Positions 41,456 through 50,164 of a stretch of 64,000 bases of DNA are shown here, piece after piece (the first letter of the stretch is position 1; every line of letters starts with the position of its first letter). Location: positions 111,487 through 175,486 of the forward strand of contig DUBB01000027.1 of the NCBI GenBank assembly GCA_012960535.1, in the 5' to 3' direction. The DNA comes from Gammaproteobacteria bacterium. Its GTDB lineage: Bacteria; Pseudomonadota; Gammaproteobacteria; Pseudomonadales; Azotimanducaceae. The notes below the pieces were generated by a model. The model did no database searches and was not told where the DNA came from. It saw only the letters and a list, made by a program, of their open reading frames with translations. Made by a program: the position numbers and the translations under genes.

Positions 41456-42400
41456 ATGATGAAAAACACAGGGCTGCTGCTCGGACTTCTTTGGGCGCTT
41501 GGTTCGACATGGGATTGCTCGGCTGAAGATCAACTTCAACCTCTTGTGTTGCACCGGGTTACCGATAACGTTTTTTCAGCCATCGGTGTGACTGGGCCAC
41601 CTAGCTATGCTAACGCTGGGCACAATAACAATCTCAGTGTTATCGTCAGTCAAGCTGGTGTGGTTGTGGTAAACGGCGGTGATAATTATCTGCTGGCAAA
41701 GCGCCTTCATCTTGCCATCAGGGCGTTAACGGAGCAACCGGTGGTCTGGGTGGTTAATGAAAATGGCCAGGGTCATGCATTTCTAGGCAATAGCTACTGG
41801 CGTGATCAGAAGGTTAATGTAATAGCTCACGCCGATGCGGTGCGAAAAATCAAAGAGCAGGGCTCTCAGATCCTGCAGCGCATGGTGCTGCGCAATAAGG
41901 ACAAGGCCAGACAGACCTATGTGGCGGTTCCAGATCATCAGTTTACCGATACCTTTTTGATTTCTCTGGAGGGCCTCGACATAGAACTGAGAAGCTTTGG
42001 AGAAGCACATTCCCCGGGAGATATCTCAGTGTGGCTACCCGGTGACAGGGTGTTAATAACTGGAGATATTGCCTTTCATCAACGCATGTTGGCAATATTC
42101 CCTGATACCAATGTTTCAGCCTGGATGAGCTCGTTTAGAAAAATGCGCCTGTTACAGCCGGTTTATATCATTCCGGGCCATGGTGCGCCGACTGATATGG
42201 CATCTATTCACGCCACAACGTTTGGCTATCTCGAGTTCCTGACCCAGCAGATACAGCAGTTGCTCGATGATGATGCCGACCTGAGCCAGGCTTATGCTAT
42301 TGATCAGACCCGATACCGGCACCTGGACGCGTTCGAGGAGCTTGCGGCGAAGAATGCCGGTCGTTTATTCCAGACCATGGAAATGGAAATGTTTCAATGA
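41456..42400 (+). CDS. periplasmic metallo-beta-lactamase-fold protein with a degenerate first metal motif (SoxH-like position)
   Basis: Signal peptide. MBL-fold motifs 3-5 are present (GEAHSPGD, LITGDIAF, IIPGHG). The HxHxDH position reads NENGQGHA by hand alignment. Confidence 0.65.
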   Translation: MMKNTGLLLGLLWALGSTWDCSAEDQLQPLVLHRVTDNVFSAIGVTGPPSYANAGHNNNLSVIVSQAGVVVVNGGDNYLLAKRLHLAIRALTEQPVVWVVNENGQGHAFLGNSYWRDQKVNVIAHADAVRKIKEQGSQILQRMVLRNKDKARQTYVAVPDHQFTDTFLISLEGLDIELRSFGEAHSPGDISVWLPGDRVLITGDIAFHQRMLAIFPDTNVSAWMSSFRKMRLLQPVYIIPGHGAPTDMASIHATTFGYLEFLTQQIQQLLDDDADLSQAYAIDQTRYRHLDAFEELAAKNAGRLFQTMEMEMFQ

Positions 42401-43254
42401 AATGGCTTATTGTTATTTTAGTCGCCCTGAGCCCCGCCGCGATGGCTGGGCCTGTGCAAATTCGCCTGGGGGAACGGGTATTGAACGCTGACCTGCGACG
42501 TCCTCCGCAGGCCGATTTACAGAGAATATTCCTAATCGTTCATGGTACCTGGGCTCATGCCGGAATGGAGATTATTGATCAGGTCCAGACGCTTCTGGAA
42601 GACGCAGGAGAAGCGAGCCTGGCCATCACCTTGAGTCTGGGCATGGATAATAGGCAAGGGTTTCTTGGATGTGATGCTCCTGTGGTTGCTAACCACCAGC
42701 AGGCTGTCAGCGAAATTGATCATTGGGTAAAACATCTGGGGTCAAAATGGCAGCAAGTCGTTCTCATTGGTCATTCCAGAGGTGGTAATCAAGTGGCGCT
42801 TTATCAGCTTCAGAAAGCATCAGAAAAAGTGTCTCATTTGGCCTTGATAGCGCCGATGAGCGAATCCGCTGACGATGTCTCTCGTGCCTATCGAGAAAAA
42901 TTCAATACCGAGCTTGCTCAGGTTATTAAAATGGCGCGTCAACATCCGCAACGGTTTATCGATGCAGGTTTACTTAGTTGCCTGAATGCTGAAGTCCTGG
43001 CAACTAGTTTCCTGTCATATTATTCGGACCAGCCCAACAGGAATACCCCGGCCTTGTTGCCGGCTATGGACCTTCCTACATTAGTCTTCCAGGGCAGTGA
43101 AGATCCGCTTGCTAAAACTTATCTTAGCCAGTCCAGGTTATTTCCAGCCAATCCCATCGTAGAAACCATCTGGATAGAAGGGGCCGATCATTTTTTTCGA
43201 GACTTGTATGCGGATGAACTGGTGGAGCATTTACTTCAGTGGCTGGATCGATGA
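42397..43254 (+). CDS. secreted alpha/beta-hydrolase
   Basis: Signal peptide. Nucleophile elbow GHSRGG, later GSEDPL and GADHFF (candidate Asp and His). The start overlaps the MBL gene stop (ATGA). Confidence 0.7.
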   Translation: MKWLIVILVALSPAAMAGPVQIRLGERVLNADLRRPPQADLQRIFLIVHGTWAHAGMEIIDQVQTLLEDAGEASLAITLSLGMDNRQGFLGCDAPVVANHQQAVSEIDHWVKHLGSKWQQVVLIGHSRGGNQVALYQLQKASEKVSHLALIAPMSESADDVSRAYREKFNTELAQVIKMARQHPQRFIDAGLLSCLNAEVLATSFLSYYSDQPNRNTPALLPAMDLPTLVFQGSEDPLAKTYLSQSRLFPANPIVETIWIEGADHFFRDLYADELVEHLLQWLDR

Positions 43255-43727
43255 GATATATCACAGGGTGCTGGTTGCTGCTGCTGTTGGCGGCAGCCCA
43301 CGGATCTGTGCTTCAGTCAGCGAACAATTTAGCAACTGAAAGTCGTCAGGCAGGTCTTGATCAAAAAATTTACCTGCTTTATATCTCCAGGCCTGATTGC
43401 CCCTACTGCGCCCGGCTTGAAAAGGATGTGCTGCAACCCCTTCTCGCTGGCAGAGAATTTGATCATCAGCTGGTGCTCAGAGAACTTTCTATGGAACAGG
43501 CCCAATTGATTGATTTTGACGGCCGACCCAGTTCAGGGCAGAAACTAATGGCCCAATATCAGGTCGATGGTGCGCCAACGCTTTTGTTTTTTGACAGTCA
43601 GGGTAACGAATTGAGTGAGCGTTTGAATGGGTATTTCTCAGCGGACTATTTCTGGTATTACTTCATTGAGAGAATTGGCCAGGCCAGTCTTAAACTGTCA
43701 GGTCCAGCACAGAGCGGGTCAGAATAA
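43251..43727 (+). CDS. periplasmic thioredoxin-fold protein with CPYC motif (SoxW-like)
   Basis: Signal peptide MRYITGCWLLLLLAAAHG. YISRPDCPYCARLEKDVL and GAPTLLFFD are typical of a thioredoxin fold. ATG 43251 overlaps the hydrolase stop (ATGA). Confidence 0.7.
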   Translation: MRYITGCWLLLLLAAAHGSVLQSANNLATESRQAGLDQKIYLLYISRPDCPYCARLEKDVLQPLLAGREFDHQLVLRELSMEQAQLIDFDGRPSSGQKLMAQYQVDGAPTLLFFDSQGNELSERLNGYFSADYFWYYFIERIGQASLKLSGPAQSGSE

Positions 43728-44002
43728 GGGAACCCATCGTTACCAGAAACCCGCCCGAGATCCGCTGGAGTGACTCCTGAGCAATGCACCCTGAAGCCCG
43801 CTTTCCAGGAAAAATTTCCAGTAGGCCAATAACTGTAAATATGATCAGGGTTTTGGTATCGATACTAATTTGCAATTGCTGCAGGATGTCTGGCCATTCA
43901 GCGAACCCAGTTTGTGGGTGGCATCCGAAAAGCAGGTGGTTGAGGTTTACATTTGCCGCAACAAAATGTATTGATAGCGTAATAGCGGGGTAGGAGGCCT
44001 GG

Positions 44003-44887
44003 ATGCGATTTAATTCCCGACACATAGAGCACTATTCTCAGCACGGGTATGTCGTTGTGGAAAATTTTCTGACAGCAGACGAGCTTGGCAAAGCCCATGA
44101 AGAAATCGATAGATTGATTCCTGGATGGTTAGAATACGCCCACAATCCGAACAAACCCAAGCCAGATCATTTTCGCGATCCGCCGCGAACTCGAAGAGAC
44201 AACCGGTTTCCCTTTGCCGGCGAGCAATTAAATGCCATAACGCTGCATCCGGACCTGAGAGAGTTCGCTGCAATCAATGCAGGTCATGATGATCTGGTTT
44301 GTGAGCAGGCAGACCTAGCCTATAAATATCAGGGCCACAGGGCGGATAGAGAGCAGCTGATGCATCTCGATTATACTAATCACACGCTGGTTTATCCGAC
44401 CATCGATCGACAATACTGGCAGACGGCCTATCTGATCTACTATACGGACGTAGATGAAGGACTTGCGCCGACTGCGGTATGCTCGTGGCAGCATTACAAA
44501 GATGAACTACTCTGGCCGACCTCGTATGAGAAACATAAACGAGCTTCCTTATATGAAAATGAGGTTAAGGTTATTGTGCCCGCGGGATCAGTACTGGCCT
44601 ATAGCATGCGGACTTTCCATCGTGGCACGGCCTTCAAAAGGGCAGGTGCGCGCATTGGTGAATTTGTAACTTATGCTCCCAGTGGTTGCCCTTGGCTGGG
44701 AATCGTAGGCTGGGCTGAGCAAGGCGTTCATCAGTCCTTTCAGGACTGGGTTGAAACAGCGACTGTAGAAGAGCGAAGTCTACTGGGCTTTCCTGCTCCC
44801 GGTGATGCCTATTGGAACAGTGAAGCATTGGCAGGTGCTGCTGCCCGGTTCCCTGGTATGGATCTTAGGCCCTACCAACTTATCTGA
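44003..44887 (+). CDS. phytanoyl-CoA dioxygenase (PhyH)-family Fe(II)/2-oxoglutarate oxygenase
   Basis: The N-terminus HIEHYSQHGYVVVENFLTADEL is typical of PhyH. An H-x-D (HLDY) and a distal His (TFHRG) are present. Confidence 0.7.
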   Translation: MRFNSRHIEHYSQHGYVVVENFLTADELGKAHEEIDRLIPGWLEYAHNPNKPKPDHFRDPPRTRRDNRFPFAGEQLNAITLHPDLREFAAINAGHDDLVCEQADLAYKYQGHRADREQLMHLDYTNHTLVYPTIDRQYWQTAYLIYYTDVDEGLAPTAVCSWQHYKDELLWPTSYEKHKRASLYENEVKVIVPAGSVLAYSMRTFHRGTAFKRAGARIGEFVTYAPSGCPWLGIVGWAEQGVHQSFQDWVETATVEERSLLGFPAPGDAYWNSEALAGAAARFPGMDLRPYQLI

Positions 44888-44928
44888 ATCAGCGGCTTCA
44901 AGCCTGCCCGGGGCAAAATCAGATGGCG

Positions 44929-45384
44929 TTATGAGGGTGCTTTTCGGTATTGTTTGGGTGTTGCAAGCACGGCATCAAGCAAGGACAGATCGCCGGATTC
45001 GATGGTGTTTCCCCTGGGGAACGGTGCGCCGGCTGCAGCACCGATACCTTCAAGTACCGCTGGGCTCTGGTAATAAACAGCGTAGGCCTGGTAGATCAAC
45101 GCCTGAAATAACCCGGGTTCGTCATTGCTCAGTATCTTGACGGCCTGATAACGCTCGTCGAAATTAACGGTCGTGAAGTCTTCATCTAAGCCGTCCAGAA
45201 GGGCGATCAGCGAGGGCAGGAAATCCATCGCTTTAGCCTGCAGATAGGCAATTAGGTCCAGATCGCCTGCGCTGGGCATGTGGCCGTCCTGACTGGCAGG
45301 AATCAATACATCGAGTAAGCAGCCCAGTTTATTTCTCTGCGCATTAGTTAATGGATAATCAGTGGTTATATTGCCCTTATTCAT
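44929..45384 (-). CDS. gluconate 2-dehydrogenase subunit 3-like small subunit of a GMC oxidoreductase
   Basis: 151 aa. LTNAQRNKLGCLLDVLIPASQDGHMPSAGDLDLIAYL follows the subunit-3 family pattern. It lies 11 nt downstream of the GMC gene. No Tat signal was seen. Confidence 0.55.
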   Translation of the reverse strand: MNKGNITTDYPLTNAQRNKLGCLLDVLIPASQDGHMPSAGDLDLIAYLQAKAMDFLPSLIALLDGLDEDFTTVNFDERYQAVKILSNDEPGLFQALIYQAYAVYYQSPAVLEGIGAAAGAPFPRGNTIESGDLSLLDAVLATPKQYRKAPS

Positions 45385-45395
45385 AGCGGCTCTCC

Positions 45396-47012
45396 TCAGT
45401 CAAATAGATTGGCCAGGTTCTTCTTCATGGTATCGGCGATATACAGCGCCAGAGCCTGAATTGTACTGGTTGGATTCAGGCCGCCGGCGGTTACAAAAAT
45501 GCTGCCATCTACAATAAACAGATTCTTAACGTCATGGCTGCGCCCCCAGGAATTCACCACCGAGGTGTTTGGGTCGGCTCCCATTCTGGCAGTACCCAGC
45601 AGGTGCCAGCCTGCTGATTGAACCAGCTCTGCCGATGAAATCTCAACCGCGCCTGCTGCTGCCAATACCTGTTCTGCTCGATCAACCCCGTGCTTGAGCA
45701 TTTTCTTACTGTTTTCACTCAACGTGTAGTTGATTTTCGCGGCGGGGATGCCGTCTGAATCAACCAGTTCTGGATCCAGGGTGACCGTATTGTGGAGCTC
45801 AGGCAGGTCTTCGCAGAGAACGGCGACAGATGCCACGTGATCAAATCGACGCTGGAAGGCCTTGTGATGATCTGGGCCCCATGGTATCTGCCCGCTGGCA
45901 TAGCCCTGTATAGCCGTGTTGAAAGGACCTGTCCCTCGGGTAATCTGCATGTTATAACCACGCACAAATCCTCTTGAAAGATCGGTTTCGTAAAACTCCT
46001 TGCTGAGAATGCAGCATCCCTGTGGGCCCTTGTGGCTATCCAGCCTTTCTTCAAACACACCCTGGGAGAAGGCGACAGGATGAAACATCAGGTTCTTTCC
46101 CAGCAGACCGCTACTGTTAGCAAGGCCATCCGGGAATTTGCTGGATTTGGAATTTAGCAGTATGCGCGGTGTACCAACCCCATTACAGGCCATGACAACC
46201 ACTTCAGCCTTCTGATGGCATTCATTCCCATGTTCATCATAATAGATGACACCCTCTGCCATACCGTTTTCTGCCAGGGTGATTTCTCGGACCCGGCATC
46301 GCGTTCTTAGTTCCACACCGGCTCTTATCGCTTGCGGCCAGTAAGTGATGTCGGTGCTTGATTTAGCCCCTTGCGAACAGCCAGATGTGCACGGTCCAAG
46401 ATTCAGACACTTATCTCTGCCTTCATAAGGTCTGGTAATGATGGCGCTGTCGGAGGGCCACCAATGCCAGCCCAGCTTATTGTAACCACTGGCGAGTTTT
46501 TCACCCACCAGGCCCATGGGTATCGGTGGCAGAGGGGGCTGTTTAGGTGGATACATGGGGTCGCCAGCCAGGCCTGAGACGCCCATCATGCGATCGTTCT
46601 GGTTGAAATAGGGATCCAGTGTGTCATAGCTGATAGGCCAGTCATCAGCAACGCCATCAAGGCTTTTTACCTTGAAATCCGATGGATGTAACCTCGGGAA
46701 ATGAGCTGCATACAGTACAGTACCACCACCCACTCCATTGAAATTAACGACATTGATGGGGGATTCGTCGTTGTTAATGGGATAGTCGGTGTCGCGCTGG
46801 CGTATATTGGGGTCTATATTAAATGGACCATGTTGCTGGATTTCCCAGTCAGTGCCGTTGGTTGGGTATTCCGATGGTTTCATCCAGTCACCTTGTTCGA
46901 GGCAGACTATTCGCATTCGGGTGTCGGCAAGGCTCCAGGCAACAGCTGCGCCAGATGCACCAGCCCCGATGATAAGGACATCTACCGGTTCATTTAAATT
47001 TGCCTCAGACAT
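45396..47012 (-). CDS. GMC-family FAD-dependent oxidoreductase
   Basis: DVLIIGAGASGAAVA dinucleotide fold. 538 aa. C-terminal GMC patterns (GTARMG, HDVKNLFIVDGSIF). Confidence 0.85.
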   Translation of the reverse strand: MSEANLNEPVDVLIIGAGASGAAVAWSLADTRMRIVCLEQGDWMKPSEYPTNGTDWEIQQHGPFNIDPNIRQRDTDYPINNDESPINVVNFNGVGGGTVLYAAHFPRLHPSDFKVKSLDGVADDWPISYDTLDPYFNQNDRMMGVSGLAGDPMYPPKQPPLPPIPMGLVGEKLASGYNKLGWHWWPSDSAIITRPYEGRDKCLNLGPCTSGCSQGAKSSTDITYWPQAIRAGVELRTRCRVREITLAENGMAEGVIYYDEHGNECHQKAEVVVMACNGVGTPRILLNSKSSKFPDGLANSSGLLGKNLMFHPVAFSQGVFEERLDSHKGPQGCCILSKEFYETDLSRGFVRGYNMQITRGTGPFNTAIQGYASGQIPWGPDHHKAFQRRFDHVASVAVLCEDLPELHNTVTLDPELVDSDGIPAAKINYTLSENSKKMLKHGVDRAEQVLAAAGAVEISSAELVQSAGWHLLGTARMGADPNTSVVNSWGRSHDVKNLFIVDGSIFVTAGGLNPTSTIQALALYIADTMKKNLANLFD

Positions 47013-47412
47013 TACGGCTTTCCTTGGGTTGGAGAGTTAACTTTTAGATAAGATAGCAAGTGTTGAGCAGCGGTAAAAGAGCCGGATAAATCAAATCTCC
47101 AAATAAAGACCGGATTTATTTTCTGATAAGCAGTTCAAGCGTGTTGATGGCTGTTTTTTTTCTGGGTTGTGAATTTGTTACTGGCTGAGCGCAGCGTATT
47201 GGTAAGGCTGCAGGATTTGTTGTTTTTGAAGAATAGTTACTCCAAAAATTTCAGTTTATGCGCAGTATCTGAAGGGTATTATCCTAAATGGGTGACTAGG
47301 CAGGGGTCATGGCGTCTGGTAAGTCGAAAACAGGACGTTGCGGCACTTTGCTTTAGGATTTACCTGGCACTAGTATGTCAGGGTGCAGGGTAGTAATTGA
47401 GGAGATCAGCAA

Positions 47413-48219
47413 ATGGGATCAGAAATTCCTGTGTTCGACAAAAATGATGATATGGCTGAAATTAAGGCGGCGCTTGATAAGGCGGGTTGTGCCGTAATCA
47501 GACATATTCAGACAAAAGCAGCTGTTGATCGGGTAAAATCGGAACTCGATGAATTCATGTCGCAGGTGCCTTTAGCGACGGAAGACTCTCCCGAGGAGTT
47601 CTATCCAGCTAAAACCCGGCGGCTGCCGGCCATCCTTGCCCGATCACCCGGTAGTCACGCCATGGCGTTGGACAACTCCATTGAGCAGCTGTGCTGGCAT
47701 CATCTTGGCAGTAACTGTGAACGGTTTCATCTTCATGTATCTGCTGCCCTTGAAATAGGACCAGGCGCGAGAGAGCAGGTGCTTCACAGAGAAGAAGACC
47801 CTTTTCAGTTCTTTACTTTACCGCGACCCAATTTAGTCATCGCGACAATGTGGGCGATGACGGATTTCACCCGATACAATGGTGCCACTCTGCTGGTTCC
47901 AGGTAGTCATAAATGGCCTGCCGAGCGAAAAGCACAGCCCGATGAAATAGTATCAGCAGAAATGCCATCGGGTTCCGTTATGATCTGGCTGGGCGGAACG
48001 CTCCATGCAGCGGCAGCCAATCTTTCTGATGACTGGCGCTATGGGGTCATTCTGAGTTATTCACTGGGCTGGCTTCGCCAGGAAGAAAATCAATATCTGG
48101 ATCTGCCACCCAGTCTTTTGGCAGGGATGTCAGATGAAATAAAAGACCTGGTCGGCTATCCCATGCATGGCTCACTGGGATTTTATGATCCTTCCCTGCG
48201 CGCGCCTGAGATTTCCTGA
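47413..48219 (+). CDS. phytanoyl-CoA dioxygenase (PhyH)-family oxygenase
   Basis: 268 aa. LDKAGCAVIRH..., an HREED region and LLVPGSHKWP...GGTLHAA, typical of PhyH-family double-stranded beta-helix enzymes. Confidence 0.7.
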   Translation: MGSEIPVFDKNDDMAEIKAALDKAGCAVIRHIQTKAAVDRVKSELDEFMSQVPLATEDSPEEFYPAKTRRLPAILARSPGSHAMALDNSIEQLCWHHLGSNCERFHLHVSAALEIGPGAREQVLHREEDPFQFFTLPRPNLVIATMWAMTDFTRYNGATLLVPGSHKWPAERKAQPDEIVSAEMPSGSVMIWLGGTLHAAAANLSDDWRYGVILSYSLGWLRQEENQYLDLPPSLLAGMSDEIKDLVGYPMHGSLGFYDPSLRAPEIS

Positions 48220-48272
48220 TGCAAAGGTTGCAGGCCGATGGAGAACTTAAGTTATAATGCCCCTTTACGCAA

Positions 48273-48677
48273 ATGGTGGATAATCAGGTGGCACGCATTA
48301 CTTTTGGCTTAGCGATAGGGATTCTTGTCGCTTTCTTCTCATACCAGTGGATTACCGATTCAAGCCGGCGGGTTGAGCGACGCCTTGAAGAGTCGGTTGT
48401 CATCGAGGTTCGCACAATACTGGCTGAAACCTTGCTGCTTAATGGCCTGGAAATTGTTGATCCGTTACAGCCCAATCGCGAAGCAGGTAAAGTTTACATC
48501 TACCGGACTGCTGCGGGTTGGCAGGTGTCGGGTTACTATCGACGCCAGGAAAAAGACCCTTGGCATCCGTTCCTCATGGATCTGAATTCAGCTACCACAA
48601 TGACCAATCTTCGCGTCGATGATCCTGAAATGGTAAAACGTGCAAACGCTGATGCTTCACTGGAAGTTCTTTTCTAA
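48273..48677 (+). CDS. hypothetical protein with one N-terminal TM helix
   Basis: 134 aa, hydrophobic ITFGLAIGILVAFFSYQW. No family recognised. Confidence 0.4.
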   Translation: MVDNQVARITFGLAIGILVAFFSYQWITDSSRRVERRLEESVVIEVRTILAETLLLNGLEIVDPLQPNREAGKVYIYRTAAGWQVSGYYRRQEKDPWHPFLMDLNSATTMTNLRVDDPEMVKRANADASLEVLF

Positions 48678-48755
48678 AGTCACAAGGTAGAGCTGGGCAA
48701 AGATTCAAGCAAAGCGATTTTGCAGATTCTCTACTGAGTTGGAATTGCCATCACC

Positions 48756-49805
48756 ATGACCATGACCATTACCTTAAGTCAACATCAGGAATTGGGACTT
48801 TATCGCGATGGTTTTGTAGTGCTCAGGAAAGCCATCGATGACAGTATGGTGCGCCGTGCCCGGCGAAAGCTTTACGTGAGTCTTGGTGCGTTAAGTTCCA
48901 GGGCATTGTCTGTGGCAAGACGGGCGGATCTTGATAAATCGATAGCTTCGGCAAAGGCTCTGGGTCGCGATCCGGATATACTGAATCTGTTTAATGAAAC
49001 AGCGTTGAAAAGAATACTTGGCTCCCTGCTGGGTGCCTCCCTGGAACCAATCCAAAGGGCTCAGGTGGCCACTAACTTCCCTCAGGGCGAGAATGACATT
49101 GTCAATGAATCAGGCTATCCGGTTAAGGATACGCCCCATAATGGCTGGTGTGGACATTTGGATGGACTCTGGAATGGTGCCAGCCGTGTTCCTGCCATTG
49201 ATGCTGTACTCAGTCCCTACAGGCGATCGCGCTGGTACCGGGATCCATCGACTAATGGTTGCTATAGGACTTATCCTGGAACCAATTCCAATCTTCAGAA
49301 TTTTACTGCACTGGTAGGCATTGCACTCTCTGACCAGCTTGTTGAAGGTGCAGGTAATCTTGGTGTTCTCAGGGGTGCTCATAAAAAAATGGGAGAGTTT
49401 TTTCAAGCGCAGAGAAAGGCAGGTGGTCCATTGGGCCCCGATGGGCCAGGCTGGCCCAGAGAGAACAAAAGCGCACCCAATGGGCATGGCCTGAGACATT
49501 ATCCGGATGCAATCAGGCAGGCATTTTCGGGTCAGGCAGTAACCACCAGAGATGGACAGCTATGGCCGAAACCAACGCTGTTGAAGATGAAGGCAGGTGA
49601 TGCGGTCATTATTCATTACGCAACGCCCCATGCTGCCACAAAGGTAATCGAGCCAGACCCCCGATTTATGATCTACTTTCGAATCACTTCATCCTGTCGG
49701 CAGGAAAACCAGCTAATGGTCTTTCCCGAAGCCCTCTGTGATATCTGGTTGGAATGGCCGGGCATGCAGGCAACGGTGGCCGAGCAGGAAACAAAATCAT
49801 CTTGA
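48756..49805 (+). CDS. PhyH-like Fe(II)/2-oxoglutarate oxygenase, divergent
   Basis: N-terminal YRDGFVVLRKAIDDSMV, a GHLDG (HxD) motif and a distal IIHYATPHAA. It is longer than the other two PhyH genes and carries inserted loops. Confidence 0.55.
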   Translation: MTMTITLSQHQELGLYRDGFVVLRKAIDDSMVRRARRKLYVSLGALSSRALSVARRADLDKSIASAKALGRDPDILNLFNETALKRILGSLLGASLEPIQRAQVATNFPQGENDIVNESGYPVKDTPHNGWCGHLDGLWNGASRVPAIDAVLSPYRRSRWYRDPSTNGCYRTYPGTNSNLQNFTALVGIALSDQLVEGAGNLGVLRGAHKKMGEFFQAQRKAGGPLGPDGPGWPRENKSAPNGHGLRHYPDAIRQAFSGQAVTTRDGQLWPKPTLLKMKAGDAVIIHYATPHAATKVIEPDPRFMIYFRITSSCRQENQLMVFPEALCDIWLEWPGMQATVAEQETKSS

Positions 49806-50164
49806 ATTATGGGTGCTGTACTATCGCCTGTGAGTCTTTGTTCGGCACTATATGTTTGAACAGAATCTATGCCAACCGAGATCAGGACTGAGCTGCTATC
49901 GATTTCAATAGAAATCTGAAACGCGCGTTTTAGATCGGACCACCTACAAGGGTACCGAGTCTGATTGCTATGGTCCTTTTATTGCCAACGAATTCACTTA
50001 CTGAGATGAAATGTTGGCCTGACATTGTTGCTAAATTGGGCTGCAGAAGACATTATGATTAACAGTTCATGCTCAGTTCAATAATGCTCTGAGGTCGAGG
50101 GTACTCAGGGCAGCCAAGACGTTGCTGGATGCTCGTATTGTGATAATCAGAAAGCGAGATCGTA

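Noticed and set aside
43690-44025. 111-aa minus-strand ORF between the thioredoxin-fold gene and the first PhyH gene
   Set aside because: It has no recognisable family. It overlaps the ends of both neighbouring genes and has an equally long ORF on the opposite strand, so it is likely spurious.
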